From positions 1 through 40,802 of the forward strand of contig JAEUSJ010000002.1 in NCBI GenBank assembly GCA_016788215.1: DNA of 40,802 nt, written 5' to 3'. This DNA is from a bacterium (GTDB lineage Bacteria; CLD3; SB21). Each line of letters opens with the position of its first letter. Position 1 is the stretch's first letter. The notes beneath the pieces are model-generated. The model had not been told where the DNA came from, did no database searches, and was given only the letters and a program-made list of their open reading frames with translations. Below are positions 40,021-40,802 of this stretch, piece after piece. The translations under genes and the position numbers were made by a program.

Positions 40021-40059
40021 GGTTTGATTTGATAATCTAAATTAATGGATAATAGGTCG

Positions 40060-40088
40060 AATGTAATGGCTTTCCAATGTAAAGTCAA
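40060..40088 (-). promoter_or_regulatory. Candidate sigma70-type promoter upstream of tmk
   Basis: On the minus strand: TTGACT (complement of 40083-40088), an exact 17-nt spacer, then TACATT (complement of 40060-40065), about 40 nt upstream of the tmk ATG (40020). It lies in the 82-nt gap after cobB. Confidence 0.35.
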
Positions 40089-40102
40089 TTCCTTTGCCGT
40101 GA

Positions 40103-40802
40103 TCAGGATACCCAAGTTGCGGCAGCTAGTTGCGGTAATATCTCTCCGGCTAGGCCCCGGAAATGATGGTCTACATGGGCTGTCAGCGGAGTTGCTTCCG
40201 CATTGATTTCAATCGACAAAATCCTTTTGTTAAGAGCCTCGTACGGCAATGAGGCCGCCGGATATACCAATGAAGAAGTACCGATAGAAAAAAACACGTC
40301 ACAATTTCTAACGGCTTCTGCGGATCTCTCAAATGCACCGGACGGCAGCATCTCGCCAAACCATACTACATCCGGCCTTAGCATACCTCCGCAGCGAGGA
40401 CACCGCGGCGGAACATCGTCCGTGGTTTCCCATGCGTCGATCACAACATCTTCGTCGAAGCATTTGGTTCGCTGAACGTTGCCGTGAATTTCGATTACAT
40501 TCTCACTTCCGGCAAGACGATGCAGATTATCTATATTTTGAGTTACCAGCAGGAACCGTGTAACTTTTTTTTCAATACCGGCTAAAGCAAAATGACCCGG
40601 ATTGGGTTTTACTTTTTTGATCATCTCGCGGCGCATCATGTACCATTCCCAAACCATTTTCGGATTTCGACGAAAAGCCTGGGGTGTCGCCAACTCCTCC
40701 GGATCATAATTAGCCCACAAACCCGATTGCGCGTCACGGAATGTCGGAACTCCGCTTTCTGCAGAAATACCGGCGCCGGTCAGAACAACAATACTATTTG
40801 CT
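40103..40802 (-). CDS. cobB: NAD-dependent protein deacylase (class III sirtuin, CobB-like). The N-terminus lies beyond the right window edge.
   Basis: The ORF track starts at an internal TTG (40720). The same frame stays open to the window edge, and there I read ANSIVVLTGAGISAESGVPTFRDAQSGLWANYDPEEL. It also has TQNIDNLH, the catalytic IEIHGN, the YxxR deacylase motif (WYMMRRE) and RCPRCGGMLRPDVVWFGE. Confidence 0.9.
   Translation of the reverse strand, partial: ANSIVVLTGAGISAESGVPTFRDAQSGLWANYDPEELATPQAFRRNPKMVWEWYMMRREMIKKVKPNPGHFALAGIEKKVTRFLLVTQNIDNLHRLAGSENVIEIHGNVQRTKCFDEDVVIDAWETTDDVPPRCPRCGGMLRPDVVWFGEMLPSGAFERSAEAVRNCDVFFSIGTSSLVYPAASLPYEALNKRILSIEINAEATPLTAHVDHHFRGLAGEILPQLAAATWVS

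Noticed and set aside
40103-40802. Sir2-domain protein as a possible anti-phage defence gene (Thoeris, DSR or SIR2-HerA type)
   Set aside because: It has the full class III CobB/SIRT5 housekeeping signature (GAGISAESGVPTFR, TQNIDNLH, HG, YxxR, zinc ribbon). It is of normal single-domain size, has no partner ATPase, TIR or helicase, and is followed by tmk.

Overview
The window is about 40.8 kb of densely packed chromosomal DNA and is mostly housekeeping. I did not find an unambiguous novel system. All family calls below come from motif recognition by eye; no homology search was run.

Host: two large proteins end in the NYPNPFNP...-type type IX secretion (T9SS) C-terminal sorting domain. This suggests an FCB-superphylum-like bacterium (Ignavibacteria, Calditrichota or Marinimicrobia-like), which cannot be resolved without a search.

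Content: I support 34 CDS.
- Two of them run off the window edges and are missing or truncated in the ORF track: an S8 peptidase at the left edge and a CobB-type sirtuin at the right edge.
- By eye I found no rRNA, tRNA, CRISPR array, transposase, integrase or phage genes.

Layout:
- 1-15808: a 13-gene minus-strand array. It carries the S8 peptidase, a polytopic membrane protein, ligA, a B12-radical SAM protein, a UbiA/DPPRS-like transferase, a homocysteine methyltransferase-MTHFR fusion, uvrC, a small ORF, a GDP-mannose pyrophosphorylase, and TPR, FHA and Ig-like lipoproteins.
- 16891-20574: a plus-strand operon of unknown protein, yggS, divIVA, mini-ORF and punA, joined by 4-nt overlaps.
- 20656-24717: an AT-richer accessory block with a T9SS lipase-like giant protein and two small lipoproteins.
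- 24903-34566: ggt, dapD, tlpA/dsbD, a small SD-driven ORF, rlmN, a lipoprotein and a LysM lytic transglycosylase.
- 34633-40802: a minus-strand array of cobB, tmk, DUF445, a T9SS beta-propeller/FN3 protein and a TPR lipoprotein.

Best candidates for something undescribed:
1. The directly abutting B12-radical SAM and decaprenyl-phosphate-phosphoribosyltransferase-like UbiA pair.
2. The yggS-divIVA operon variant, which has an uncharacterised Cys-cluster protein, a stand-alone duplicate of the DivIVA tail, and a PunA-type phosphorylase.
3. The AT-rich T9SS cargo block, which contains a roughly 335-aa unassigned module that starts Gly5-Cys.
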